Shown piece after piece: positions 38,173 to 60,200 of a DNA stretch of 64,000 nucleotides. A program made the position numbers and the translations under genes. Source of the DNA: Azolla caroliniana. Its lineage: Eukaryota; Plantae; Polypodiophyta. The notes beneath the pieces are model-generated. The model was given only the letters and a program-made list of their open reading frames with translations. It was not told the origin of the DNA and made no database searches. How positions within the stretch are numbered: the first letter of the stretch is position 1; each line of letters begins with the position of its first letter. The DNA is taken from positions 4,588,001 to 4,652,000 of the forward strand of contig JBHGNT010000018.1 of NCBI GenBank assembly GCA_043228905.1, in the 5' to 3' direction.

Positions 38173-38939
38173 AATTAGAATTAGAATTAGAATTTTATTG
38201 TCCATAAAGAGGCCAATTTTGACCTATGGGACAAGAGTATACATATGTTCTTGATATGTGTCTCCTTCCTAAGAAGGGGTATTCATACATTGAAGCACAA
38301 AGTCTCTATGTATGAATAAAGCATACACATATGAGCTCAACCTTCCCGATGGTGTCGTAAGTATGGCACTTAAGTTATCACTCCCTCTTAGTATGTCAAC
38401 ATATCTTGAACAAATTGCACTATATGTCAAGCATGTGAAGAGCAAGTGGTAGTCATCCTCTACCATGCCTTCATTGCATACTTTGCATGTTTTCAAATTA
38501 GTTACATTTTGATACCATGATGCAACTTCAATACCTAACTTGTAAGATCGACTGCGAAGTAGTGTAAGGGCTCTACGAGCATTACTAATATTGGTAATGA
38601 GATAAGGTTGGATACGATCAATAGGCATTCTTGCTTTATATTGAGACCAACATTGAGGGTTGACATTTGCAATGTAGTATTCTAGCTTTTTCCTCTTAGC
38701 ATCTTCCCACTTCATCCTTAATGATTCCACCAACCTTTCCTCAATCATTACACACTGTATAACATTGCCCGAAAGCTGTAAAAGATCATCCAAACCCCAT
38801 CTTCTAAACCATTTCCTTATGTCAACAACCCAATCGGATGAGAGAATATTACTTTTATGATTCTTTTGTAGCTTACATCCAACATTCCAAGCAAGATGTG
38901 GTAATCGATGATTCGGCATATTGACTTTTGTAATGTATT

Positions 38940-38944
<5 letters not shown>
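38173..38944 (-). mobile_element. 5'-truncated RTEX-type LINE in a (GA)n tract
   Basis: MPNHRLP..W..LRSRSYKLGIEVASW..CKVCNEGMVEDDYHLLFTC C-terminal zinc finger; 3' tail aataaa(attcta)n; (GA)n on both flanks. Confidence 0.8.
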
Positions 38945-38985
<41 letters not shown>

Positions 38986-39253
38986 ATTATCAACCTCAAC
39001 AATCAAATATGATTATGAAAACACTTGTACATATGACTTTTAAATCTTTTGTGAGTTAGATATATTATGCAATAATTCCATCAAGATTTTATGTCACCAT
39101 GTGATAATTCCCATCCATAGAAAATATTTACTATTGGCGACATACTTATATACGTAGTAAGTGCTTCCATAAACATATGATAATTATCCCAAGGATAGGA
39201 AAGAGGAAAATCTTCTCCTATACTAATATCGTCATCTGGTAAGCATAACTACA

Positions 39254-47947
<8,694 letters not shown>

Positions 47948-48210
47948 GGATCCTCTGTTCTTTCTTCTTTCTTCTGCACATTGTTATTAACCGCAAAAAG
48001 ACTTAATGAACACAAAATGTACAAATGTGGGCTTCTCTTTTCTGATAATTTGCAAAATTAGGCCCCTTCACACTCTCCTTTGTTATATTAATATACATAC
48101 AATATATTTAATACACACAAAATCTAGCCTTATAGGGCTCAACTATCACTACCTCTATGTTTTTCCTTAATTCTCCATATGCCTTTCTAGAATATTCCGG
48201 TCACTCTCCT

Positions 48211-48712
48211 AGATAACCTTACCCAATCGAGTTATGCCCGTTACATTGTAATGTAGGAACACGATCCCCATCTCTGCTTTTGGGTCACCATGTGTGTGTG
48301 TGTGTGTGTGTGAATTCTCCAAAAACACCCATTGTCTTCCTGTCAATTAGCAACGTGACAAAACTTGCCAAATCTGAGAAACGTTAGATAACCTTACCCA
48401 ATCGAGCTATGTCCATTACCAAGTAATGTAGGAATAGAATTCCCATCTCGGATTTTGGGTCGCCCTGTGTGTGAATTCTCCAAAAACACCCTTTGTCTTT
48501 CTGTCAAATATCAACATGACAAAACTTGCCAAATCTGAAGAAATGTTAGATAACCGTAGTCGATCGAGTTATGTCCATTACCATGTAATATAGGAACACG
48601 GTTCCCATCTCTGATTTTGGGACTCCCTGTGTGTGAATTCTCCAAAAACACTCGACGTTGTCTTTGTGTGAAATAACAACATGACAAAACTTGCCAAATC
48701 TGAGAAACGTAA
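48211..48712. repeat. Three-copy tandem repeat, ~165-bp unit, upstream of the host gene
   Basis: agataacc...tcgag.tatg...gtgtgtgaattctccaaaaacac...gacaaaacttgccaaatctga at ~48211, ~48386, ~48548. Confidence 0.9.
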
Positions 48713-49329
48713 CTCCGAAGCTGACTAAGCAATCAAACATAGTATGAAACAATGAGTACTATCTTCCACATGAACGATGCAAAAGAAGCACTTTTACGTC
48801 TTACCAATCTCAGTGGCTTTAGAGTTAATCCCAAAGGCAATCCTCAATCAATGTTCTCCAAATGAAGACTTTTATTTACAAGTGACAAATTAGAATGCAA
48901 CTACGTTTCAAGTTCTATTCCCATTCATAATCAGAGTTACATACCTTCCATGCTTGTTCATCCTTAGATGATAGCCATCGAAGAGGCTCATTGGAGCAAT
49001 GATACAAGAGATTAGTAGTCACTAGTAAAAACAACTACTGGCTACGTAAATATTAATCAACCCACGATTGCTCTTCGGTTTGGAGAGGCAAGGGATCTTG
49101 CATCAATGTTGTACTTTGTAGTTCTTGCTATATAAACTCGTAACTAAGCAAGACATGTAAATATTGGTGCACTTCAACAATTTCCAAACTTCATTGAGAT
49201 CGAACCTCAAACATATCCCACCTCTTTGACCACCAAACAAAACAAGTGATAAAACAATGAGCACAATCTCTCCTTTCCAATCCAACATAATAACCGAGAA
49301 GACGCAATAACTCTTTTTGCAAAGCATTA

Positions 49330-49790
49330 CAATGTTCTTTACTAGAGGGCATGCCATGAGACAACCAAGTGTGGAAAACATGAAGAATGAGGGATTTTAA
49401 GTGGAATACTTTTATTTGTAATTGCCAGCGCTGCCTTAATCGTTGTCCTCTGTGTCATACCCGCGTTCTCAATGAAGTATTTGACAATAGATATCCATGA
49501 TGAACACATGTCTTCCAATGATAAAAATCTATGAGCCATCATATGCATAGATGAGTTTAAATTATTGTAGCTTCCCACATCGCTTAAGGGTTGTTAGATG
49601 GTTCCATGCAACCAATGTTTTTCCCAACTTATCCCTCTTTATCCGCAACACATATCAAAGAGGTTGCAAAATGGAATGTGAATTCTTCTTTGTTCATGGT
49701 AGCAATTATAATTTACAAATAATACAATATTATGGGTTCCATAATACATTATACAATTTTGATGCATGCATGAAATGACCAAGATTGTGA
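49330..49790 (-). mobile_element. Old L1 fragment related to the 29.7-36 kb LINE
   Basis: HMMAHRF..WISIVKYFIE..SIPLKIPHS compared with HLMARRF..WISMMQYFIE..SIPLKIRHS. Confidence 0.65.
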
Positions 49791-49826
49791 CGTCCAACAG
49801 AATAACTTATTCCTTAATTTGGCAAT

Positions 49827-50638
49827 TGTAAAAGTTAATATGCGGAAGCTTAGATAAACTAGCTCAGGCGAATAACGACAGTAAAACAGAAATGAAGGTT
49901 TAATGGAAGCTTAAGAATACATAGTACATGGGAGAGACAGAGAGAACAGAACAACATAAACTCAATTCAAAATAATAACACTCTGTATCTACAAATGTCC
50001 TACAGAACACTTTTTATACAAGCCCTTAAAAGGACTGACAAAAGTACTGACAAGTACTTCAATGCTTAAACGAGCAACTGGCACTAACTCCAAGGACTAT
50101 GCTTACTCACTAGGCTTGGACCGTAGCGGCCCTCCAACGGCCTACCGGTTCTCACTATTCCCGAGTACGATCTAATTCTCCGATCCGGCTCTAGGTTCCG
50201 GATACCGATATATCCGAACACCTATCTGGTTCTCCGTTCTGGATACCGATGTGGCTCAGGCTTATTCAACCGATCCGGATCCAGTTGAGCTTGCTCGCTC
50301 AACACTCCCCCTCAAGCTCAACTTGAGGTCAAATCGCTATGTGTGTCCATCGGTCCTCTCCTCCGGCTCCTCATGGCGTCTTCCCGCCTTGCTTGTGCTC
50401 CTTGACCCATCCAGTTAAGCTTTCCACGACCCGTCCAGTCCCGCATGCCTCGACCTTCTCGGTCAGCTTGTCTGCTCATAAAGCCCATCTTGGCTCCTTC
50501 GTTGTTGCGACTTCGGCGCTTCTCGACCCGTCGGTTCCTCCGTGGTGGTGTCGACTTCCGGTGCCTCCTCGTGGGGAGAGAGACCCGTCGGTTCCTCCGT
50601 GGTGGTGTCGACTTCCGGTGCCTCCTCGTGGGGAGAGA
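49827..50638 (-). mobile_element. 3' LTR, PPT and short internal remnant of a minus-strand Copia-like element
   Basis: aaca|ctccccctcaagctcaa at 50301-50321 resembles the PPT/LTR junction at 57654-57675. Left LTR end (49827) is tentative. 57-bp exact duplication at 50525-50638. Confidence 0.6.
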
Positions 50639-50639
50639 G

Positions 50640-53600
50640 ACCAATCCTGCTACCTCCCACATCAACACCTTCAGTCGGGTGTTGTCAGAACTCTCCTCAC
50701 AAGGGATCAACTTCAAAGAAGAAGTGAAAGCCCTTGCCCTCCTATCGAGCTTGCCGACGAGTTGGGAGGTATTTTGCACGACATACGCCAATAGTCGACC
50801 GATCCTAAATCTGGATGAGACGATCGGCCAAGTCCTCACCGAGGACATTTGACGAAAATTGATGGGACTCACCATCGATGAATCGGCAGAAGCCCATCAC
50901 TCGATCGAGTCGTTAGACCGACAGAGTCGAACCAGAGAACAAGCCGACAGAACCGGTCGGAACACCAACTGATCAAAGACAAGGGGAGACCGACGACGGT
51001 TGCAGAAAAGTTGGCCACAATGTTTCCAACTGTTGGTCGATCAAGAGGAAAGAGAGTGGTCGGCAATCTGAAGGAAATCGAGGACGACCCGACTCAGACC
51101 ACTCTCTAGTCGGCAACCAAATCAATGTTGCTGACACCCAATAAGGAGAAATTCTCTCCTTAGACGATTCAATGATCGGAGAGGTCCTATACAATGCACA
51201 AGATGCACACACGTGGTAACGAGATTCAGGTGCCACATTCCACGTGACCCCTAATATTGAATGGTTTTCGAACTATTAAGCCGACGCCAGCGGCACAGTC
51301 CGACTAGGCAATGGGGAGGAGTGCAAAATCATGGACTGGAAAGGTTCCCATCCGATTGCCCAATGGCAACATGATCACCCTACACCAAGTCCGACACGTA
51401 CCCGATCTGAAAAGGAGTCTGGTCTCCATTGGTTGCGGGTACTGAACGACTCTGAGTGAGTCGGTATGGATGATCAGCCGGGGAAATCTCAGAATTGGGA
51501 GTGGACACAAGTACAATAACTTGTACCCATTAATGGTGATCACTCCATAAGGGGTCATGAACGTAGTCGAAAAGATTGACCCAAACTTATGGCATGGCCG
51601 ACGCGGTCATATGTCTCAAGTCGGACTCGATCCACTAATGGTGGTAAGTTATATCCCTAAACTCCAAGCAAAGACGAACTTTTGCAAGCATTGTTGATAT
51701 GGGAAATAAACCCGAAGTCTGCACTCTCTCCACTACAAGACGGTACGACAACCCCTAGAACTCTTGCACACATATATATGTGGGCCTATGCCAGAGCAAT
51801 CACTAAGAGGCTCTCGGTACTTCATCACATTTGTAGATGATTGTACATGGAACGTCTGAGCCTACTCGATCAAGTCCAAAGACGAAGTGCTCGAGGTCTT
51901 CACTCGGTGGACATCTGAAGTGGAGAATTGGTTAGGATACAAAACGAAGACACTCTGATCCGACAATGGAGAAGAATATACCTCTAGAGCCTTCAAACAG
52001 TACATGTCCGACAAAGGGATCCGACATCAAAAGATTGTTCCTTACACACCCATGCAGAATGGAGTGGTAGAACGTATCAACCAAACGATCCAAGAGAGGG
52101 TGACGACAATGCTCCAACAAGTTGGACTGAAGCTGGAGTTTGGGCCGAGGCATTGCAGATGGCAGTATACCTGATAAACATGTCATTGTCGAGAGCAATC
52201 AGGCTCAAAGTGCCACAAGCACTATGGTCAGGCAAATAACCGACTTATGATAGGCTCTGTATATTCGGATGCGAAGCCTACGCGTTTATCCCTAGGGAGA
52301 AAAGGACCAAGTTAGCACCCGATTCGATGAAGTGCATATTTCTCGATTATGGAACCGATGGGGACTTCGGCTACAGGCTATGGGACCCTGAGAACCGGAA
52401 ACTGATCCAGAGCAGTGACGTAGTCTTCAATGAAGACTCTATCTTCTCTCAGCGAAACCAGAAGAAAATAGTTGGTAAAAAGTATCCTTCGAAGCTGATA
52501 GAGATGTCGTAGAAGGACCGTCCCACCAAGCTGAATCGGAGATTCGACAAACAGTCGAACTAGACAAAGCCGACAACATACCTACCGACTCCGAATCGGT
52601 AGGAGGTCCACTCGTCGAACTCGAAGACAAAGCCATCAAAGATAAAGCTGATTCGACAAGAGCCAAACAAAGCAAAGTCAACAAGATGCGAGTTGGAAAC
52701 AGAACCGAGTCGACAAAGTCCATAGGGGAGGACAACGTGACATCACCGAAATCCCAACTTGGGGGCGGGTCATCTAACAAGACTCCTAACACAAATGGTT
52801 CAACAAATACCGATCGACCAATAGAGCCGATCAAAGAATCTGAACCACTTATTTCGGCAACCAGGAGATCTGGACGAGCTCGAAGGCCGACAAAGTTCTA
52901 TCAACTAGGCCTCGACTATGTCAATTATATCGATGCAGGCGAACCAAGCACGTATGAAGGAGTTATGGCCGCACTGGACGCCGAAACCTGGCTACAAACC
53001 ATGAAATCCGAAATGGACGTGATTCACAAGAATCGGACATGGGAGTTGGTCGAACTACCAACTAGAAGAAAGTTGCTACCTTGCAAATGGGTTTTCCAAT
53101 ACAAATATGTATCTGACTCAGGGAAACCCAAGTACAAAGCTCGACTTGTTGCGAATGGGTTCAAACAAGAACATGGGGTCAATTACAACGAGATATTCTC
53201 ACTAGTAGTCAAGATGACCACCCTTCGACTCTTACTAGGAGTTGTGGCGACATAAGATCTAGAGCTCGACCAAATGGAAGTAAAGACGACATTCCTACAC
53301 GGAGATCTGGAAGAAGACATTTACATGTCTCAATCGGCAGGCATTACAACGGCGGGGGAGGAAAGTCACCTCGTATGTCAACTAAAGAAAAGTCTATATG
53401 GCTTGAGACAACCGTCCAGGATGTGGTACCAAAAGTTTGACTCCTACATCAGGCAACTTGGATACCGCCGATCAGACTTTGACCCATGTATGTACATTCG
53501 ACAATTGGCTGACGAGTCTATAGGATTTATCTGATCCTATATGTCGACGACATGTTGATCGTAGGACGCAATCAAGCAGATATCAGAAAGCTGAAACAGA

Positions 53601-54607
53601 GCCTTCATGACAAGTTTGTGATGAAGGAATTCGTACAAGCCCGTCACATATTGGGCATGAGGATTGAGCGAAATCGGATGACCAAGACTCTCTAACTCTC
53701 CCAATCTAACTATATATGAAAGGTGCTTAAGCGCTTCAACATGGAGAATGGGAAGCCATCACCAACACTGCTTCTGACGTCGATCCGACTATCAGACAAA
53801 GACTCTCCTTCAATGGACAAGGAGAGTGAGCTTAATGGAAAGATACCCTACGCATTAGCCGTAGGAAGTATCATGTACGCAATGGTGGCGACCCGATCCG
53901 ACCTAACGAGGACCTAGCCTATGTCGTAGGGGTGGTCAGCCGGTACATGTCCAATCCAGGACGGAAGCAATGGGAGGCCATCAAGCACATCTTCAGGTAC
54001 CTAAGAGGGATCGAAGATACACAGTTGAATTTCGGTTTGAAAACCTCAACCGAAGTTGAAGACTACACTGACTCTGACTATGCTAGAAATACGGACAATC
54101 GGAAGTCAACATCATGCTATATTTTCACCTATGGCGGTAGTGCAATATCATGGAGGTCGAAGCTTCAAGAGTGCACGGCCATGTTGACCACAGAGGCCAA
54201 GTACATAGCAGCATCAGAGGCTGTGAGGAAGCAATATGGCTGCACCGACTGTCTGCCGACTTCTCATCTACAAGCCGAATCGACCGATCAATGCCGACCA
54301 TCTATTATGACTCACAGAGCGCAATTCACCTCATTAACAATCTCGTCTATCACGCAAAGACGAAGCACATTGAGGTACGGTATCATCACGTCCAGGAGCT
54401 CATAACTGAGAAGAAACTCGAAGTCTGGAAGATTGACACCGAGGTGAACATCGTCGATTGCTTGACGAAGCCACTCCCAGGTCAACGCTTCGGAGCACTA
54501 AAGACAAAGATGGGACTACGACAAGAGACCGATTAGAAGAAAGCCGAACGAGGAGCAGAAGGTAAGAGTCAACTGAATCAATCATGATAATGAACCATGG
54601 TAGCCTC
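50640..54607 (+). mobile_element. Decayed Ty1/Copia gag-pol; 5' LTR missing, 3' end interrupted
   Basis: Gag (HINTF..ALALLSSLPTSW), protease DSGATFHVT, integrase (QNGVVER, KCIFLDY), RT (WELVELP..CKWVF..YKARLVANGF, YVDD), RNase H (HAKTKHIEVRYH..DCLTKPL, stop 54536). Many stops and frameshifts. Confidence 0.9.
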
Positions 54608-56076
54608 TGTCACGGACACACCAAGCGTGGACTAAGAAGAAACACGAACGATGGGGCTAAGAGCATGGAACTTAAGAAGATGGGAATGATAGAAGAGCAT
54701 GAAGACAGAGATAAAGATCAAGGAGACAAATGGGGCGAAACGAGAATACTATATTGATATGTCAATGACTAGTGTTGAATCCCTTGAAAGGAACCAAGAA
54801 GGTTACAAGTATTTATATTGTGAGTTGAAGTACATGCATTAGAATATTCTTGAGAATATTCTAAAACCCTCTAGAACCTTCTAGTTCTAGAACTTTCTAA
54901 AAACTCCTAGAACGTGAATAGGTAATCTATGAATACATACCACGATTATGTACTTAGACGTGTTGGTTACAATATAACACTTGACTATAATACGAGAGGT
55001 CAAGAGTTCAAATCTTGACATAACTATTGTCATGCTTGTGACATTTCCTCCCCTTTACGGCCGCCTTTTCAAAAGCATGGTGTAGGGGTGAACGGGAAGT
55101 GGTGGGTGTGAGAAACCATGTGTTGTCCTCACTGGAAACACCAACACCAACGGGCATGAGAGACCATGTTGGTCCTCGCCGAGAGTTGGAACACGAACAC
55201 CAATGGGCGTGAGCGACCATGTGTGGTCCTCACCGGGAATTGGAACATGAACAACAACGAGCATGAACGACCATGTGTGGCCCTCATTAGGAACTGGAAC
55301 GTACGCGACCATGTGCGGTCCTCATCGAAAACACGAACGGGCATGAGTGACCATGCGGCCCTCACCGAGAACTGAACACGAACGGGCGTGAGCGACCATG
55401 CAGCCCTCACCGAGAACTGAACACGAACGGGCGTGAGTGACCATGCGGCCCTCACCGAGAACTGGAACACGAACGGAATTGAGCGACCATGTTGCCCTTA
55501 CCGAGAACTAAACATGAATGGACATGAGCGACCATACAACCCTCGCCGAGAACTGGAACAACAACGGGCGAAGGAGTGCAAGTGAAGCGGTCGACGTGAC
55601 TTCTTCTATTATGAGAGGGTAAATAGTCGGGGTTTACCCAAGACACGACACAAATGGCAACGCTAGTGAGAAACCCACGCGATCCCCACCAGGAAAGTGA
55701 GTGGTTGTGATCCCCACCGAAACTAGAAGGTGAGCGATCGAAATCGGTCCTCACCAACAGAAAGTGGCGCAAGACTTGAACTATAATGAAAACGCAGTGC
55801 AAGCGAGCAATGATCTGATCCTCACCAGGAAAGTGAGCGGTTGTGACCCCCACCGGAACTGGGAAGGTGAGCGATCGAAAGCACTCCTCACAAAAACCAT
55901 GATGCAAAATGATACCAAAAATGATGACAAGTAGTGTTGTTGATGATGATAGTTGGGCGAAGAGGTGCTAAAACTGATGACGGTAACTCTGGAAGCAAGG
56001 ACGGTGATTATGGTAACTCTAGAAGCAAGGGAGATGACGAAGATGGGTAATGCTTCCAATTGGAAGGGATTCAAAC
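54608..56076 (-). mobile_element. LTR element A: 3' LTR 54608-55043, PPT and repeat-rich non-coding interior
   Basis: tgtcac...gtgaca termini, adjacent tttcctccccttt (minus-strand PPT), ~50-bp tandem repeats at 55110-55570. Confidence 0.75.
55110..55570. repeat. ~50-bp tandem repeats
   Basis: Units of gagcgaccatg(t)gcggtcctcaccgagaactggaacacgaacgggc(a/g)t. Confidence 0.9.
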
Positions 56077-57267
56077 TGTCTCGGACACACCAAGTGTGAA
56101 CTAGGACGAAGCACGGACGGTGGGGCTACGAGCGTGGAACTCAAGACGTTGGGAATGACACAAGAGAATGAAGACAATGATTTAAAAGATCAAGGAGATA
56201 AGATGGGGCAAAACGAGAATACTAGATTGATGTGTCAATGATTGACGTTGAATCCCCTCAAAGGGACCAAGGATGTTACGAGTATTTATACAATTTCCGA
56301 GATTGAATATCTCTAGAATATACTCGAGAAATATCTAGAGAATATACTCGTTTAGAATATACCACAAAATAATTCTAGAATATACTAATGACTAGAATAT
56401 TCTCGAATGTACTATACACTAGACTCTACAATATATACAAGTTCACAATCGAATGTGAACAACTCACAAGAGTTTTCATATGGTTAACACAACACAATGT
56501 ACTGTGTGTTAAAAGTCAGAGGTTCGAGTCTAGAATGTGACATTATCCCCCCTCTTACGCCACCTTCTCAAATTGGTCATTGATTTAAGGGGATACTATT
56601 GATGAAAATCTTAGAGCACCTCCAAAGTATTTTGTAAATCCTAGACAAGGAGTAACCCTTCCAGAAGACGAGGTATTGAACATCAATGGGCATGAGCGAC
56701 CATGTGCAGTCCTCACGTGGAGCACAAACACCAACAGGCATGGGCAACCATGTGCGGTCCTCTTCGGGAACTGGAACACGAATACCAACGGGCATGAATG
56801 ACCATGTGTGGTCCTCATGGGGAACAAAAACACCAACGGTGTCGTGAAGATTTCCGGCTATAGTGTGAAACCGGGATGGAATGGGCAAGTTGGTGGTGTG
56901 CAAGTGCACATGTATAGTAGGAAAATGGTGTATAGAATAAGGGGGGGTATTTATCCCACATTGTAATGTCCCTCCCTCCTTGGGCTATAAAAGGAAGGGA
57001 GGGGTCACTTGTGAAGGGGTTGCCTATTTTGAGTGAGAGAGGTATACCACTTAGGTCGAGGGGTTCTATTCGGTTTTAGGGTTTCTTCTTGGGTTTCTTT
57101 TAGGGTTTCTATGCTTATTTCCTTACTTATCGGGTTAGGGTTTTCTTGTAGTCGTTTTGGGTGCAGCCTATGCGGCCTTGGTTGTAATCTTTTGTGAACT
57201 CTTAATATAGCATGTTGATGTTTCTTGTCTTGTGGGTGTATCTTGCCTCCATCTATTCTATTCTATG

Positions 57268-60200
57268 TGTAAGGAATCGAGAGATGGATTCTTGTGAAGC
57301 GGAATAGGTGTGAACTGTGTGTGTGTGTGTGTGTGTGTGATAGAGAGAGAGAGACACACACACACACAGAGTATATGCAAGGTTAAGTATATTAACAAAG
57401 GAGAAAGACACAACACAATACAAGGTGGAAGGAGGGTGCTTTATATAGTCACCCTCTCTCTTCATTAACTACAAGACTCATGGAGCATGGGGAATGTGAA
57501 AGCTCATAAGTTATGTGTCATAGAATATGATTCTATGACTCATACTAAATGCTAGAATACAAAGTGGTGACATAATGGTGACTCTTGACCGTTGGAGTGT
57601 CTATTCACTCTCAAGGTGAGTTCACACACTAGACCAAGTTGAGCTTGATTCTCAACACGCCCCCTCAAGCTCAAGTCGGGTCGGTTTTAGACGGTATCCA
57701 AAATCCACTTCGACTCGCGTTCCGGAGTCCGCGTCGACTCGCGTTTATGCGGAGTTGCGGAATCTGTGCTCCAACTTGTGTTGTGCGTAGTTGCGAAGTC
57801 TGTGCTTCAGCTTGTGTCTTTCTTCGCGGCTTTGCATGGTAGCTCGGTGTTGGGAGACAGGTCCCTCCGGATGGGAAGGGATAAGAACAGTGCTGATGAA
57901 CAAACTCGGCCGAGGCCGAAACCGGATGAGGAGTACTCGGCTACGGAGAGCCAGATGATATAGACCCGGTGTGAACCGGATGAGGAGTACCCGGCTACGG
58001 AGAGCCGGATGGTGCAGGCCCGGTGAGAACCGGATAAGGAGTACCCGGCTACGGAGAGCCGGATGGTGCAGACCCGATGAGAACCGGAGGAAGAGACATA
58101 TTCGTAAATATGTTTCTGAGAGCCCATCGAGGCTATATTTGTAAATAGCCAAAAAGTCATATTAGTATAAATATGACTTAGGGCAAACTTTTTTAGTGGT
58201 TGTCATTTTCTGTTTTGCACGAGATTAGTGTGCGTAACTGTACAGAGAGAGAGAGAGAGAGAGAAAGAGGTCGTTGCCTCTGTTGTAACCGCCGCCTGTG
58301 GCGAAGATTTGGGAGCACGAGGTCGGTGCCTCAGTGAACTCACTGTTGTATATTCCTACATAGTGATAGTTTGCAGTCTGTGGGCAGCCATGGTTTTTTC
58401 CCCTAGTTTGGGGTTTTCCACGTAAACCTCCTGTGTATTCTTTTCTTCTTCTTGTCGTGTTTTTTATTTCCCGTTTTCTATGTATCATTCTAAGCTCGGT
58501 TGTGGCCGAGCGTTGTGCATAAGGAGCGTTGAGTTCCCGTCACTCGACTCTTCGCGGCTTTGCGTAGTGTGTGTGGTTTGCGGAATCCACGCGTTATTGC
58601 GTAATGTCTTCAGTGCTCCCCCTCAAGCTTGGTAGGTCAGGGATCGTCAATCCAAGATCAATCATGAATTGCCATAGCTTGTCGACTCCTAAGGCTTTAG
58701 TGAAGATGTCGGCCGTTTGAAGATTGGTGCTAATGTGTTGTAGGTCGACATCGCCAGCTAGAACACGCTCTCGGATGACGTGATAGTGCACTTCGATGTG
58801 CTTTGTCCATGCGTGGAACACCGGGTTCCGAGCCAGATAGATAATGCTCATGTTGTCGCAGTAAAGGGAAGTCGGATCCTTGATGGGTACGCCCAAATCC
58901 TTGAGTATCCTTTTGAGCCATACGGCTTCACATGCAGCCACTGCCGCGCCCCTGTATTCCGCCTTTGTGCTCGAAAGAGCGACGATTGGTTGCTTTTTGC
59001 TGCTCTAGGATATTGCTCCACTGCTGAGGGAGAAAACAAATCCTAAGGTTGATCTTCTATCAACTTTGTAGCCGGCCCAATCAGCGTCTGTCTACCCTCG
59101 AGGCGTATTGGCATCGCGGTCTTCTAGAGGATGTCGCAATCCATTGTGCCGCTCACATATCGTAGAACTCGCTTAGCACAATCCAATTGAGTATCACGCG
59201 GTGTTTGCATGAATTGACTAAGGAGACTGACCGGATAACTGAGATCGGGTCGAGTGATCGTGAGGTAGATGAGACTCCCGATGAGTTGCCGATATTGAGT
59301 CGGCTCACACGCTTTGGTGCCGGAGTTCACATCCAGTTTGAGATTGCGATCGAGCGGGGTTGCGACGGATTTGCACTCAGCCATACCAAACTTGTATAAC
59401 AAGTTGAGGATGTAGTGCCGTTGAGACATCATGATTCCGGCCGGAGCCCGAATTACCTCGATGCCGAGGAAGTAGTGGAGCTCCTTCATGTCCGTCATCT
59501 CGAACTTGTCGGAAAAGAGGGATTTGACCTTATTGATTTCGACGAGATGCTCACCTCCAATGACTAGGTCATCCACATATAAGATGATGACGATCGGACT
59601 TGCGGAATCGCTTCATATGTAGAGGGAGTTGTCCGATTTTGACATACGGAAGCCGATTTGATGAAGATATTGTGTTATCTTCGAATGCCAAGCACACGGT
59701 GCTTGCTTGAGGCCGTAGAGGGGCTTCTTGAGTCAGCATACAGCTTTCGGAAGGGTGCTTGAGTTGAAGCCGAGTGGTTGTATCATGTACACCTCTTCTA
59801 ATTCGCCTTGTAGAAAGGCGTTCTTGACGTCCATTTGATGGAGGTGCCACCCTTTCGCCGCAGCAAGCGCAATTACGGTCCACATCGTCGTCATCTTTGC
59901 CACCGGGGCAAAGGTCTCTTCGTAGTCGACGCCATGCGTCTGAGCGTATCCTTTCGCTACGAGTCGAGCTTTGTAGCGGTTTACGGAGCCATCGGCGTTA
60001 TACTTCACCTTGTAGATCCATCTACATCCGATCGCCTTTTTGTGTGGTGAGGTGGGAACGAGATCCCACGTCTCGTTCTTCCGTAGTGCCTGCATCTCCT
60101 CGTTCATTGCTTCGATCCATCGTGGGTCCTTCGCGGCTTCCGAAAAGGTTTCCGGCTCCCGTACTGTCGCGACCTTCAGCATAAAGGCGTAATGGTACGC

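Noticed and set aside
55110-55570. CRISPR-like or coding repeats (several short ORFs)
   Set aside because: Degenerate tandem repeat inside an LTR element; the ORFs are by-products of the repeat
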